Below the pieces are notes generated by a model. It was given only the letters and a program-made list of their open reading frames with translations, did no database searches and was not told where the DNA came from. From Macrostomum lignano (lineage: Eukaryota), in assembly GCA_002269645.1 (NCBI GenBank), contig NIVC01000350.1, positions 310,001 to 374,000 of the forward strand: a DNA stretch of 64,000 nucleotides. The letters are read 5' to 3'. This document shows, piece by piece, positions 13,555 through 26,429 of this stretch. Both the position numbers and the translations under genes were made by a program. The stretch's first letter is position 1. Every line of letters begins with the position of its first letter.

Positions 13555-15465
13555 GGATTGCTAATCTAGTCTACATCATGGATACAGGAATAGAATGGAT
13601 TGCTAATCTAGCCTACATCATGGATACAGGAATAGAATGGATTGCTAATCTAGCCTACATCATGGATGCAGGGATAGAATGGATTGCTAATCTAGCCTAC
13701 ATCATGGATGCAGGAACAGAATGGATTGCTAATCTAGCCTACATCATGGATACAGGAATAGAATGGATTGCTAATCTAGCCTACATCATGGATACAGGAA
13801 TAGAATGGATTGCTAATCTAGTCTACATCATGGATGCAGGGATAGAATGGATTGCTAATCTAGCCTACATCATGAATACAGGAATAGAATGGATTGCTAA
13901 TCTAGCCTACATCATGGATGCAGGGATAGAATGGATTGCTAATCTAGCCTACATCATGGATGCAGGAACAGAATGGATTGCTAATCTAGCCTACATCATG
14001 GATACAGGAATAGAATGGATTGCTAATCTAGCCTACATCATGGATACAGGAATAGAATGGATTGCTAATCTAGCCTACATCGTGGATGCAGGAATAGAAT
14101 GGATTGCTAATCTAGCCTACATCATGGATGAAGGAGTAGAATGGATTGCTAATCTAGCCTACATCATGGATGAAGGAATAGAATGGATTGCTAATCTAGC
14201 CTACATCATGGATGAAGGAGTAGAATGGATTGCTAATCTAGCCTACATCATGGATGCAGGAATAGAATGGATTGCTAATCTAGCCTACATCGTGGATGCA
14301 GGAATAGAATGGATTGCTAATCTAGCCTACATCATGGATGAAGGAGTAGAATGGATTGCTAATATAGCCTACATCATGGATGAAGGAATAGAATGGATTG
14401 CTAATCTAGCCTACATCATGGATGAAGGAGTAGAATGGATTGCTAATCTAGCCTACATCATGGATGAAGGAATAGAATGGATTGCTAATCTAGCCTACAT
14501 CATGGATGAAGGAATAGAATGGATTGCTAATCTAGCCTACATCATAGATGAAGGAATAGAATGGATTGCTAATCTAGCCTACATCATAGATGAAGGAATA
14601 GAATGGATTGCTAATCTAGCCTACATCATGGATGAAGGAATAGAATGGATTGCTAATCTAGCCTACATCATAGATGAAGGAATATATTGGATTGCTAATC
14701 TAGCCTACATCATAGATGAAGGAATAGAATGGATTGCTAATCTAGCCTACATCATGGATGCAGGGATAGAATGGATTGCTAATCTAGCCTACATCATAGA
14801 TGAAGGAATAGAATGGATTGCTAATCTAGCCTACATCATGGATGCAGAAATAGAATGGATTGCTAATCTAGCCTACATCATAGATGAAGGAATAGAATGG
14901 ATTGCTAATCTAGCCTACATCATGGATGCAGGGATAGAATGGATTGCTAATCTAGCCTACATCATGGATGCAGGGATAGAATGGATTGCTAATCTAGCCT
15001 ACATCATAGATGCAGGAATAGAATGGATTGCTAATCTAGCCTACATCATGGATGCAGGAATAGAATGGATTGCTAATCTAGCCTACATCATGGATGCAGG
15101 AATAGGAGGGATTGCTAATCTAGCCTACATCATAGATGCAGGGATAGAATGAATTGCTAATCTAGCCTACATCATGGATGCAGGAATAGAATGGATTGCT
15201 AATCTAGCCTACATCATGGATGTATAAATAGAAAGGATTGCTAATCTAGCCTACATCATGGATGAAGGAATAGAATGGATTGCTAATCTAGCCTACATCA
15301 TGGATGCAGGAATAGAATGGATTGCTAATCTAGCCTACATAATGGATGCAGGAATAGAATGGATTGCTAATCTAGCCTACATCATGGATGCAGGAATAGA
15401 ATGGATTGCTAATCTAGCCTGCATCATGGATGAAGGAATAGAATGGATTGCTAATCTAGTCTACA
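13555..15465 (-). repeat. 42-bp tandem satellite array B, related to array A and inverted relative to it
   Basis: Reverse-complement unit GATTAGCAATCCATTCTATTCCTGCATCCATGATGTAGGCTA, about 45 copies. Confidence 0.97.
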
Positions 15466-18400
15466 TGCAACCTAAATGGAGAAATTATTTATAGCAGCTT
15501 GCTAGTCTAATCCATGCAAATTTTACCTAGTGTTGGTTTGTTTATATTTTGTAGTTTTTTTGCCTGACATTAGGGCCTCAATTGGGATCTGTGTGCCAGC
15601 TAGTGGAGCTTTCATGATTTTCGTCAGTCAGGAAAAATATGATTGCATTGTGCTACTCACCAGAGTTTATAATTCAATGCGTCTCGTAGCGCTGCTGTTC
15701 CTATCTTAAAATTTTTCCAGTTTCTCTTCGCTGTCAGCAACTCTCGGCGCGAGAGGTTTGCCGGGATAAAATTCTAGCAGGCGGCAACTGCAGCAGCCCC
15801 GCCCTGCTCCTCCGGGTGGCGGGAGTTGACTGGCCTTCGCGTGGAACTATTGTTCCTTCGGATGGCTTGAAGACAATGAGGCAGAATTAGGCTTATTGTT
15901 GTGCCAAACTCCGGCAGCTTCTGTGTTTTAAGGAAGGCAGCGTAACTAAGGCTCGCCTCTAAGCCCGAGCAATAGAAGAAGACTGCTGAGAGCCATGGGG
16001 AGGCAACTGCAGCTGCTGGCAGCTGGGTGAATAGGATGAGGGGGACTGCAATTGCTTTATGGCTATTGCTGCTGCTGTTGCTGCTTCTGACAATGATGTT
16101 GAGGATAGACAGATGGAGGCTTGGGGGAAGCGGGGTAAGATGCAATCAAGGTCTTTCCTGAGGGGACCGGCAGTTTGGTTGGACTGGAGATGGGGAGGTG
16201 TGACGCAGTTTGCAGTTTTGGCAATTCTTGCAGTTAAACGGTGGAGAAGGACATGGGGGGTTGGGAGTGAGGGGTAGGGGTGGGGAGAGACAGAAACAGA
16301 GACAGAAAAGTGTAGTTGGGAGGGGGAAGAAGGTAAAGTCAGGGTGCCATGCAAATTGGGGATGCTGCAGGTCTAACTCTCTCGGGCTGAGAGTACTGAG
16401 GACTCGCCTGTCGGGGGTATGGGAGGCCAGCCAGCCCCCGGCTGAGGAGGAAAAAGGGGAGAAGGTAGTGCGGGTAGGTACAAGCTCAGGCCGGTTGGAG
16501 AAGGCGGCAAGGCTTTGGCTATGGTTTTGGCCAGAAAGTGCGGGGCCGGTAGGGGACATGAGCAGGCGGGCAGGAGGAGGCAGACAGGGGGGGGGGGCGG
16601 ATCCTGCTTAGCATGCATGCAGCTAGCAACCCGCGATGCAGCTAGTTAGGGAACCATTTATAAGCTTTTTTCGGGCTACTCATTTTCTGTTTTAGCCTGG
16701 CAGGTCAAAGAATGGTTAGCTAGGGATATAAGGAGTCTACGAGTCAATGGCTTTTTCTGACAGCTAAGTGCACTCAAGGGCGCTTAAAGTTTGCTTTCAA
16801 ATTTTTAGACTGAACAAAAAATGGAGGAGCAAAATGTCATCATGAACAACTGGAGTAGAATGAATGACGCTGCACTCGGTTTTCTTAGAAATTAGCCGAG
16901 GTTTAGCCATAGACAAATTCAGTTGAGATAATTCGCACTAGAAAAATTCGTTTGTTCGTTGCTGCATGGAAAGTCGATATTTAATCCTGGTTTCTATGAG
17001 AGCGGTTGCTGCTGGCGTCATTCAAGTTATGCTGGTGTCTATGGCCGAACCATCAACTTGCTTGCCTTTTTATTCGTTGATTCCAGATGCACTGGCGATT
17101 GTACCATGACCTTTTGCCTTTTAATGCCATAGACTACACTTAAGCCCGCTTGCAGTAAAGAAATACCGTAATTAGCGGGCAGTTAATGGTAGATTATATA
17201 GTATGTTACGGAGTTAAATAATGGCCATAACACGAGTGCGCTTCGCCAGCGATTCTCGCCGCACCGGCTTAACGCCGTAACATACTATAAAATTGCATTT
17301 TATATATAGCATACTAGTAGCCAATTATAATCATTTTATCTGGCCATTAGATACAAGATCGGTCATTACTTAATGCTACTAAAATTTGGCACCCAGTCGA
17401 CCATAGACAAACTTGAAGGCCTTGGTGCAGTGGGCCACAGACAAAGATTTAGGCCTTGATGACGCGACTGAAAAGTGCCATTCCAGCATCTGTTACAAAA
17501 AGCGATAGACTGGAAATAAAATTTACAGCCACAAAATATCAATTTCACTGAGTCAACAACTAAGCAGTTTCTACCGATCGAGGAAGCAGATCTGGAAAAA
17601 GTCAAGGCGTACTTTGATAGAACCGCAGCCGAAACTCTTACAGGACGAGGTGGTATTCACCATTAGCTCGTATCTATATTCTACGTGAGAGAGGACAAGA
17701 ACACCTTAAATATTTGAAACAGCAGGGAGCATTGGTTGCAGGTACCGACTCCGACAGACAAGAGTACTGTGAACTACCACCACTACCAACTAAGAACCAA
17801 TCGAGTGACCTAGCCAAGTGCAAAGACGACAGAACGAAGAAGGCGCGCATCTACGGAGAGCATCGTCAACTGACTGCTCTGTATGAGAGGTCTTTACCTA
17901 CATAGGTGAAAAAACGGCTGCTTTTTTCCGAAGCCTCTTTTGAACGATTCAGAAGGCAGGTTCCGTTTTTCTACGAATCAAGCACGCGGAGTTTTTTGTT
18001 TATTGTTTGTTTATGTTTTCAAGTTCACTTGTTATGTAATAAATAATATGAAAATAAATTGTCTATGGTCGAAATGTATTTTCAGCGTTAAGCAATAACA
18101 AAATGGTGCGTGTCATTGTAATACTCTTGCGTATATGTACAATGACATTTAACGCCCGATTATTCTGTCCCACTTTGTCAAGGACAAAAATGTCTATGGC
18201 ACAATAATAGTAATACCCATGCTTTAAGGGCGTTAATGGGAAATCCTCGGACTATTCCTTACCCGCGGCTCATTTCTAAGAAAAACGGATGTAGTGTCAT
18301 TAGACTTCAAATTTCTATAAGTCAAATGTCTATAAGATGAATCATATCTATCTGGCAAGAAGCTGACACTGTCACCGGCTTGAAAAGAGCTTTTTAGGTT

Positions 18401-18614
18401 TGAACTGAACTACTGCAAGTAATGGTAGGGCGAACTGGCGAACAACATATACTGACAACTTGTTTTAGTTTCCTGCGCTTTAGTTGGCCATTCGAGGTCG
18501 GGAATTTCTGTTAAACTCGTAAAGCTGCCCGTAGGTCCATTGAAATTTTGATAGACTTTTTGACAGATTGTTTATTCCGACAAATGATTCTTTCGCTCTC
18601 ATATATTGCTAAAT

Positions 18615-18825
18615 TGTGTTGTTGTTGTTGTTGTTGTTGTTTTTATTGCTTTTTACTGTTTTTGTTACTGCTTTTGTTGTTGTTTCTTTTGGTGTTGTTG
18701 TTGTGGCTGTTGTTACTATTGTTTTTGCAGTTGTATTTTTTCAGTTGCTTTTGTTGCTGTTGTTCTTTTTGTTGTTATTATTATTATTATTATTGTTGTT
18801 GTTGTTGTTGTTGTTGTTGTTTTTT
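18615..18825. repeat. Degenerate (TTG)n/(TTA)n microsatellite
   Basis: Directly visible. Confidence 0.9.
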
Positions 18826-18997
18826 AATGTTGAAATCGCTACTACTGTTGAGCAGTAATGAACAGATGAAATTTTTAGAAAAACATCACAATTTTAAAGC
18901 GTATAATTGAATAATCAAAAAAGGCGCACGAGCTCAAAGAAGCGGAACATCAAACTTAAGATTTGATTGCTTCAAGCCCTAGCAACTGCCCAGCTAG

Positions 18998-20544
18998 TCA
19001 GCCGGCGCCTGCCCGCAGGCTGAGCTGCGACAGCGAGTCGATGAAGCGGCGCACGCTGCCGCCGGCCAGCTGCTCCATGCGTTCGCGCTCCTCCGCCATC
19101 CGCAGGCGCCGCTCGGTCTCCGTTAGTCGGCGCGCCGTGTCCGGCGGATCCGTTGAGGCCCGCGCCAGCTTGGCGCCACCGCCGTGGCCGGTCGAGCGGC
19201 AGTTCGATGCGTCGACCAGGCGGCCCCGCCCGCCGTTGCGCCGCTGACAGCACCGGCGGCCGGCGGTAGCAGCGGCAGAAAGTCGCGGCCGGTTCGCAGA
19301 GCCGCCGACAGATCTTCTTCTTCTTCTTCTTCTTCTTCTTCTTCGTCGTCACTGTCGGAGGTCGCTTGCGCCGGCTGTGGCGCCCGTGTCCTCGCCGTCA
19401 GGTAGGCTGGTAGGTCGCCCCGCGAGCGGCCCAGCCTGCGCTCAGCGGCCCGAATCAGCCGAGCCGAGTTGAAGCCGCCGCCGACGCCAGCGCCGCAGGT
19501 GCAAGCGGAGGCCGGCAGCCGCAGCCGGCCGGCCCTGTCCAGCTTGGCGAGCTCCGCGCGCTCGTCCGGGCGCAGGTGCGTGCGCCTCTGAGCGGTGGCG
19601 CACCGTCTGAGCAGACGATGCCGCCGCTGTTGAGCCATCTGTAGGTCGGTGTTCAGACACCTGGCGGCGTACCTTTTGTCGGCCTCGAGTCTGTCTACCG
19701 TCTGCTGCAACAGTCGGCGCTCTTTGGCGTTGGCGCGGCTGGCTGCCACCTCGGCAACAGTGAATCCGCGGCGAAGCTGCATAGCGCCGCCGGCCTGCAT
19801 GCGAAAGTCGCGATCGTCCCTGTGGGGGAGTTTTCGGTAGTAGTTAGGCTGGGTTAGCTGCGATAGCTGGGTTGGATGCTGGGTGGGTGCGGAGTGGGGT
19901 GGGTGCGGAGTGGGGTGGGTGCACGAGGGAGATGGTTGCAGAGTGGTTTGGGTGCGGAACGGATTGAGTGTGGAGTGGTGTGGGTGCGGAATGAAGAGGG
20001 TGCTGAGTGAGGAGGGTGTGGAGTGACCTAATCCGGGTCTACACGTTTTGAGGATTTTAATGCGTGTACAGCGGCTTTTTCTTACAATGATAAGATTCGA
20101 TTCTCATCATCAGGCAGTGGGCAATGCACATACTCTGTGCATTAGGCATTGAACATCAGGAATCGAACCCGTGGCCCTCAGGAATCGAACCCGTGGCCCT
20201 CAGGAATCGAACCCGTGGCCCTCAGGAATCGAACCCGTGGCCCTCAGGAATCGAACCCGTGGCCCTCAGGAATCGAACCCGTGGCCCTCAGGAATCGAAC
20301 CCGTGGCCCTCAGGAATCGAACCCGTGGCCCTCAGGAATCGAACCCATGGCCCTCAGGAATCGAACCCGTGGCCCTCAGGAATCGAACCCATGGACAGCT
20401 TAAATGCGTGAACCAGACGCGTTGCCAAGAGGTTACCAGTTTTAATCAGCATCAGAACCCTTGCACAGACAAATCAACCAATCAGATGGCGACTCACTTC
20501 GGATTGTAAGCGATCTCAATCTGCTCATATTCATAGTCGATCAT
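18998..20544 (-). CDS. Coiled-coil protein, weakly CCDC190-like N-terminus; apparent frameshift in exon 2
   Basis: Exon 20498-20544 (MIDYEYEQIEIAYNP) joins the exon starting at 19819 via a phase-2 GT-AG intron: K-DDRDFRMQAGG...RANAKERRLLQQTVDRLEADKRYAARCLNTDLQ. The main frame stops at 19123. A second frame with strong codon bias (ETERRLRMAEERERMEQL...SVRRFIDSLSQL) ends at 18998. Confidence 0.62.
20157..20393 (-). repeat. 22-bp tandem array, each unit carrying a tRNA T-arm/B-box motif GGTTCGATTCC
   Basis: Unit AGGGCCACGGGTTCGATTCCTG on the minus strand, 11 copies, inside intron 19820-20497. Confidence 0.9.
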
Positions 20545-21167
20545 TGAAGTTTTTTGCAAATCTCAGCCTAACTTGGCTGAGCTGGACTCGAAGACAGAGT
20601 TCGTCAGGTTTGTGTCAGAGAATGACGCAGAGCTGCTGAGAAACAGCTACTATATACTTATGAATTAAAGACCTGTGAGAAGGCCTTAGCTGGCTGAAGA
20701 TTTGCCTTGTCTATCCTGCAATCGCAGTCTTTTCCGCTAGCAATGAGACTCATTACTTCAATAGTAAGCGGTCTCGAGTGCCTACACGGGCCCCTACAAG
20801 CTGTACACAGTTGAGAACAAATCTCAGCAGACAGTTAATTGGCAGGTAGTGGAATTGCACCGCTCACAGCCCCCCCTCTATTCAAGAAGATAATTGGACA
20901 CAAAAAGTATATTTTATTATCTTCCAAAATCTGCATGCTAGTAGTTTACATTCTGGTTAGTGTGTGAACCAGCTGTGCACTTTCCGCTGCCCCCCCCCCT
21001 CGAGGCAGACATTCGCGCAACAATCTATGGATTCAAAACACTATATTAAAAAAACAACACTTTTTCGGGGTTATCGGTTGCGTTGTCATGACAACGATTT
21101 AATTAACGCATCGGAGGCTAAAAATATTAATCAATCGGGAGATAGATATTTTTCTGTACAAAAGGGT

Positions 21168-21960
21168 GTGTAATCCTTGTGTCATCCGTGTGTCATCCTT
21201 GTGTCATCCTTGTGTCATCCTTGTGTCATCCTTGTGTCATCCTTGTGTCATCCGTGTGTCATCCTTGTGTCATCCTTGTGTCATCCTTGTGTCATCCTTG
21301 TGTCATCCTTGTGTCATCCTTGTGTCATCCTTGTGTCATCCTTGTGTCATCCTTGTGTCATCCGTGTGTCATCCTTGTGTCATCCTTGTGTCATCCTTGT
21401 GTCATCCTTGTGTCATCCTTGTGTCATCCTTGTGTCATCCTTGTGTCATCCTTGTGTCATCCTTGTGTCATCCGTGTGTCATCCTTGTGTCATCCTTGTG
21501 TCATCCTTGTGTCATCCTTGTGTCATCCTTGTGTCATCCGTGTGTCATCCTTGTGTCATCCTTGTGTCATCCGTGTGTCATCCTTGTGTCATCCTTGTGT
21601 CATCCTTGTGTCATCCTTGTGTCATCCTTGTGTCATCCTTGTGTCATCCGTGTGTCATCCTTGTGTCATCCTTGTGTCATCCTTGTGTCATCCTTGTGTC
21701 ATCCTTGTGTCATCCTTGTGTCATCCTTGTGTCATCCTTGTGTCATCCTTGTGTCATCCTTGTGTCATCCTTGTGTCATCCTTGTGTCATCCTTGTGTCA
21801 TCCGTGTGTCATCCTTGTGTCATCCTTGTGTCATCCTTGTGTCATCCTTGTGTCATCCTTGTGTCATCCTTGTGTCATCCTTGTGTCATCCGTGTGTCAT
21901 CCTTGTGTCATCCTTGTGTCATCCTTGTGTCATCCTTGTGTCATCCTTGTGTCATCCGTG
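21168..21960. repeat. 11-bp minisatellite (TGTGTCATCCT) running into a splice acceptor
   Basis: About 72 units ending at GTGTTGCAG (21966). Confidence 0.96.
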
Positions 21961-21966
21961 TTGCAG

Positions 21967-22916
21967 AAAAAGGCAACAGCAAAGCGGACGGGGATGCCAG
22001 CAATGATTCGGCCGGTTGCAGCGAGTCCAAAAGGACCGCGGCGGCTGGGGCTGCGGCGGACGGACAGCCGGGGCGGGACAAGCTGCCCCAGCTGGTGAGG
22101 CAGCGGCGAATGACTGTGAGGCAAGGGCGCGTTCATGGCTACCTTTTGATTCTGTCAGAGCTCGGGTAAAAGGAATTTCTCATCATAAGAAATTCCCCAT
22201 CATAGAAATTTCTCATCGTAGAAATACCCCATCATAGATTTCACCGTCATAGAAATTCCCCATCATAGAATTCACCATCATAGAAATTTCTCATCTTAGA
22301 AATTCCCCATCATAGAATTCACCATTATAGAAATTCCCCATCCTATAAATTCCCCATCCTATAAATTCCCCATCCTATAAATTCCCCATCCTATAAAGTC
22401 CCAATCCTATAAATTCCCCATAATAAAAATTCCCTATCATAGAAATTCCCCATCCCAGAAGATTCTACATCTTCTGCACTCTCTTAGGCAAGCAAACCTT
22501 GCAAAGCAGCAGCAGTCGCCGCAGCAACGGCAGAAGCAGCAGCAGAAGCAGCAATCGGCAACAGCAGAAGCGGTGGGCCGGCCGGCATGGCACAATCCTG
22601 GCCACGTGGACCTCGTCAGCGCCAGTTGGCGCCGGGACCAGCTGGCTGGACAACGCGCTGCTCCGCGCCCGCATCGACGCCGCCTTCAAGCGCATCGACG
22701 ACCTTCCAGGAGCTGCGTAGTCGGACAAGCCGAGCCGAGGTTGAGCTGCTGGAGCTTCAGCCGGTGCGCGCGAATGTCGCCGAGCATCGCGACAGGCTGG
22801 CGGAGCACCGCGAGCAGCTGAGCGGCGCGTTGGAGTCGCTGTCCGGCATGCAGGCGGAGCTGAAGCGCTGCAGCTCGAGCACCAGCGGGAGACACAGCGG
22901 GAGTCAGACGGTCTGA
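21967..22916 (+). CDS. Putative orphan coiled-coil gene, reading frame ambiguous or frameshifted
   Basis: Exon 21967-22094 (CAG|...|GTGAGG) and an exon from 22488 (TTAG|). Segments WLDNALLRARIDAAFKRIDDL and QELRSRTSRAEVELLELQPVRANVAEHRDRLAEHREQL are both strongly codon-biased but lie one base apart in frame near 22705. Confidence 0.45.
22175..22460. repeat. About 16-bp minisatellite (AGAAATTCCCCATCAT) filling intron 22095-22487
   Basis: Directly visible degenerate units. Confidence 0.88.
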
Positions 22917-23050
22917 CATCATGACACCCGCACCTACTGACACCCACACCTACTGACACCCACACCTACTGACACCCACACCTACTGACACCCACACCTA
23001 CTGACACCCACACCTACTGACACCCACACCTACTGACACCCACACCTACT
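22917..23050. repeat. 16-bp minisatellite (GACACCCACACCTACT) starting at the stop codon
   Basis: About 8 units. Confidence 0.9.
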
Positions 23051-23129
23051 GAAATCAAGACCTACTACACCCATACATCCTACTAACACCAAGACCCTTA
23101 TACCCTGAAATCCTGGCACACTAAAATTC

Positions 23130-23728
23130 CGACACTCTGAAATCCTGACACTCTGAACTCCTGACACTCTGAAATCCTGACACTCTGAAATCCTGACACT
23201 TTGAAATCCTGACACTCTGAAATCCTGACACTCTGAAATCCTGACACTCTGAAATCCTGACACTCTGAAATCCTGACACTCTGAAATCCTGACACTCTGA
23301 AATCCTGACACTCTGAAATCCTGACACTCTGAAATCCTGACACTCTGAAATCCTGACACTCTGAAATCCTGACACTCTGAAATCCTGACACTCTGAAATC
23401 CTGACACTCTGAAATCCTGACGCTCTGAAATCCTGACACTCTGAAATCCTGACACTCTGAAATCCTGACACTCTGAAATCCTGACACTCTGAAATCCTGA
23501 CACTCTGAAATCCTGACACTCTGAAATCCTGACACTCTGAAATCCTGACACTCTGAAATCCTGACACTCTGAAATCCTGACACTCTGAAATCCTGACACT
23601 CTGAAATCCTGACACTCTGAAATCCTGACACTCTGAAATCCTGACGCTCTGAAATCCTGACACTCTGAAATCCTGACGCTCTGAAATCCTGACACTCTGA
23701 AATCCTGACACTCTGAAATCCTGACACT
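23130..23728. repeat. 16-bp minisatellite (TCTGAAATCCTGACAC)
   Basis: About 37 near-perfect units. Confidence 0.96.
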
Positions 23729-23746
23729 AAGGACTACTAGACTAGA

Positions 23747-24569
23747 AGGACGCAACACTCGCAAATCGTGCAAAATTAGTTGAAGGCCGATTATTAAAAT
23801 GTCTGTATCTCCGAATCCGTTAGATGTAGAACGTTAATTTTTTTAACAAATTGTTCAGAATTTTGTCCCCTACCAAGTAAGTCAGTTAGTTTAGCTTCCC
23901 ACTAGATTTAGATGCAAGAAAATCCTCTACAATGGAGATACCCTATTTTTGGGCGCATGGTAGCGATTCAAATCTAAAAAAACAAGGAAGCAAAATTAAT
24001 AAAATAGCCGAAAATCTTGAGCGCATTTTTTGTGAATACACTCTTATAGTTTCATTAGTGACGTTTCTGAAAATATATCGGAGTCTGGAGATCATATACA
24101 GAACCCGCATAGTTTGGTCTATATCCTTTAAAATCTTTCTCACAATATGGTCAGTCAGAAAAAAATGAGAGTAGAAAAAGCCAAACACCACAAAGTAATC
24201 AATAAAAAATAAGTTTGTTAAGGCAGTTAGGGTTATGAATAGCTAGAAATCAAATAGGTCTAGGCCTATAAAGTCTAATTTATTACTAGGTTTCCAGTAG
24301 ATAAACCTTTGTCCTTAGTAGTCATAGGCCTAGCCTAGTCAATGTAAAAAAACGGTAAATGACCTAATAATATGACTAAACCACAAAATAATATAATTTA
24401 GCTAAGTGTTTCTGGTTACATACTGCAAAATTATGGAAATTAGTAGCCCTACGCTTCCTCAAACAGCAAATTATGTTGAAAATCATGCAATTCGTCGATC
24501 TCACTAATGTATACGAGAACGAAAATCGGCCTTCAACTATTTTTACACGAATCGAGAGTGTTGCGTCCT
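23747..24569. mobile_element. Non-autonomous DNA transposon (823 bp); AGG termini and a 4-bp TSD, Kolobok-like (tentative)
   Basis: About 47-bp imperfect TIRs AGGACGCAACACTC...TAGTTGAAGGCCGATT at both ends; TAGA flanks both sides (23743-23746, 24570-24573); no transposase ORF. Confidence 0.75.
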
Positions 24570-25009
24570 TAGATAACGAAGTGTTCCTAGTGGTCCTTGC
24601 CTAACACCCTGAGCATCGTATGGACGGGATAACATCATGTGATATTAATCTTTCTAACAACAATTAAATACTATCATATCGATTTCTGTGTGCACTGCTT
24701 AATATCGACCTTGGATTATTCGTAAATTTAAGCCTTTATGTCACGTGACTCGATTTTGGTGTTGATAATTATCTTATTGCACTACTTGTCTCTAAGTAGT
24801 TATTGTTAATTCTACATAAAAACCGTTACTATTCTAATAAATTTTCCATGCATTCAAAAAACTGAACAAGGAAGATTGATTTTGCATCATATTTTAGGCA
24901 AAACTAGCAATCTACGCCCCTTTGTGGAGGAAACAAATAATGTAATAATTTTTTAAATAAACTACACATGGCTTCTATTCTCAGCCTTTATATCTTAGCA
25001 AGTCCCCCC

Positions 25010-26010
25010 AAGCCTTGCCGTCTCAGCGATTCCCCCCCCCACCCCAAGACTTTACATCTCAGCAATTCTCCCCCAAGACTTTACATCTCAGCAATTCCTC
25101 CCCAAGACTTTACATCTCAGCAATTCTCCCAAGACTTTACATCTCAGCAATTCTCCCAAGACTTTACATCTCAGCAATTCCCCCAAGACTTTACATCTCA
25201 GCAATTCCTCCCGTAAGCCTTGAAATCTCAGCAATTCACCCCCAAGACTTTAAATCCCAGCAATTCTCCCCCAAAGACTTTATATCTCAGCAATTCCCCC
25301 CCAAGCCTCTACATCTCAGCAATTCCCCCCCAAGCCTCTACATCTCAGCAATTCCCCCCCAAGCCTCTACATCTCAGCAATTCCCCCAGTAAGCCTTTAC
25401 ATCTCAGCAATTCCCCCCCAAGCCTTTACATCTCAGCAATTCCCCCAGTAAGCCTTTACATCTCAGCAATTCCCCCAGTAAGCCTTTACATCTCAGCAAT
25501 TCCCCCAGTAAGCCTTTACATCTCAGCAATTCCCCCCAAGCCTTTACATCTCAGCAATTCCCCCCAAGACTTTACATCTCAGCAATTCCTCCCGTAAGCC
25601 TTGAAATCTCAGCAATTCCCCCCCAAGACTTTAAATCCCAGCAATTCTCCCCCAAAGACTTTATATCTCAGCAATTCCCCCCCAAGCCTCTACATCTCAG
25701 CAATTCCCCCCAAGCCTCTACATCTCAGCAATTCCCCCCAAGCCTCTACATCTCAGCAATTCCCCCCCAAGCCTCTACATCTCAGCAATTCCCCCAGTAA
25801 GCCTTTACATCTCAGCAATTCCCCCAGTAAGCCTTTACATCTCAGCAATTCCCCCCCAAGCCTTTACATCTCAGCAATTCCCCCAGTAAGCCTTTACATC
25901 TCAGCAATTCCCCCAGTAAGCCTTTACATCTCAGCAATTCCCCCAGTAAGCCTTTACATCTTAGCAATTCCCCCCCAAGCCTTTACATCTCAGCAATTCC
26001 CCCAGCAAGC
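25010..26010. repeat. About 26-28-bp minisatellite (TTTACATCTCAGCAATTCCCCCAAG(A/C)C)
   Basis: About 35 variable units; an internal block (about 25200-25400) is duplicated at about 25580-25800. Confidence 0.93.
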
Positions 26011-26429
26011 CTTTAGCCTTCCTGATTAGCCTGACTCTTCTTTGAAAAAATAATGTGCAGAAAAAAAGAGCTAAACTGTCACATTATTACTTCTATTAGT
26101 TGTTTAACAAATGTATAGTGCAGTTATTAGGCAGGTGGCTGGGGAGAATTTTTGCACTTAAAAACTTCACTTTGAGCTCAGTCTGATAGTAGAAGCTATC
26201 GATTTTTTATAGCTCCCCTGACTGACCCGCATCGTTGCCAAGGCATTACCGGTACTGGCCGGTTGGCCTCCCAATGCCCACTGCCATTTATAGGATGCAG
26301 AAGATGCCCATGTGTGTTTTGGTCCGGGATGTGGCGAACTAAATGTAGCATCTGGCGTGGAAGCTGAGGTTCGCTGTTTGTTTCAACCAATAAGAATGAC
26401 TGCTTTCGTATCGTTTGGAATGTAATGCA

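Noticed and set aside
13578-15152. 524-aa ORF of [14 protein letters not shown] repeats
   Set aside because: Translation of a 42-bp satellite whose unit happens to lack stops in one frame; a stop appears at 15152, and related units occur on the opposite strand and in an intron.
20157-20393. tRNA gene cluster
   Set aside because: Only T-arm/B-box fragments; no acceptor stem, D-arm or anticodon arm.
26196-26390. Possible retroelement integrase fragment (VPVMPWQR)
   Set aside because: Too short, with no other recognisable motif.
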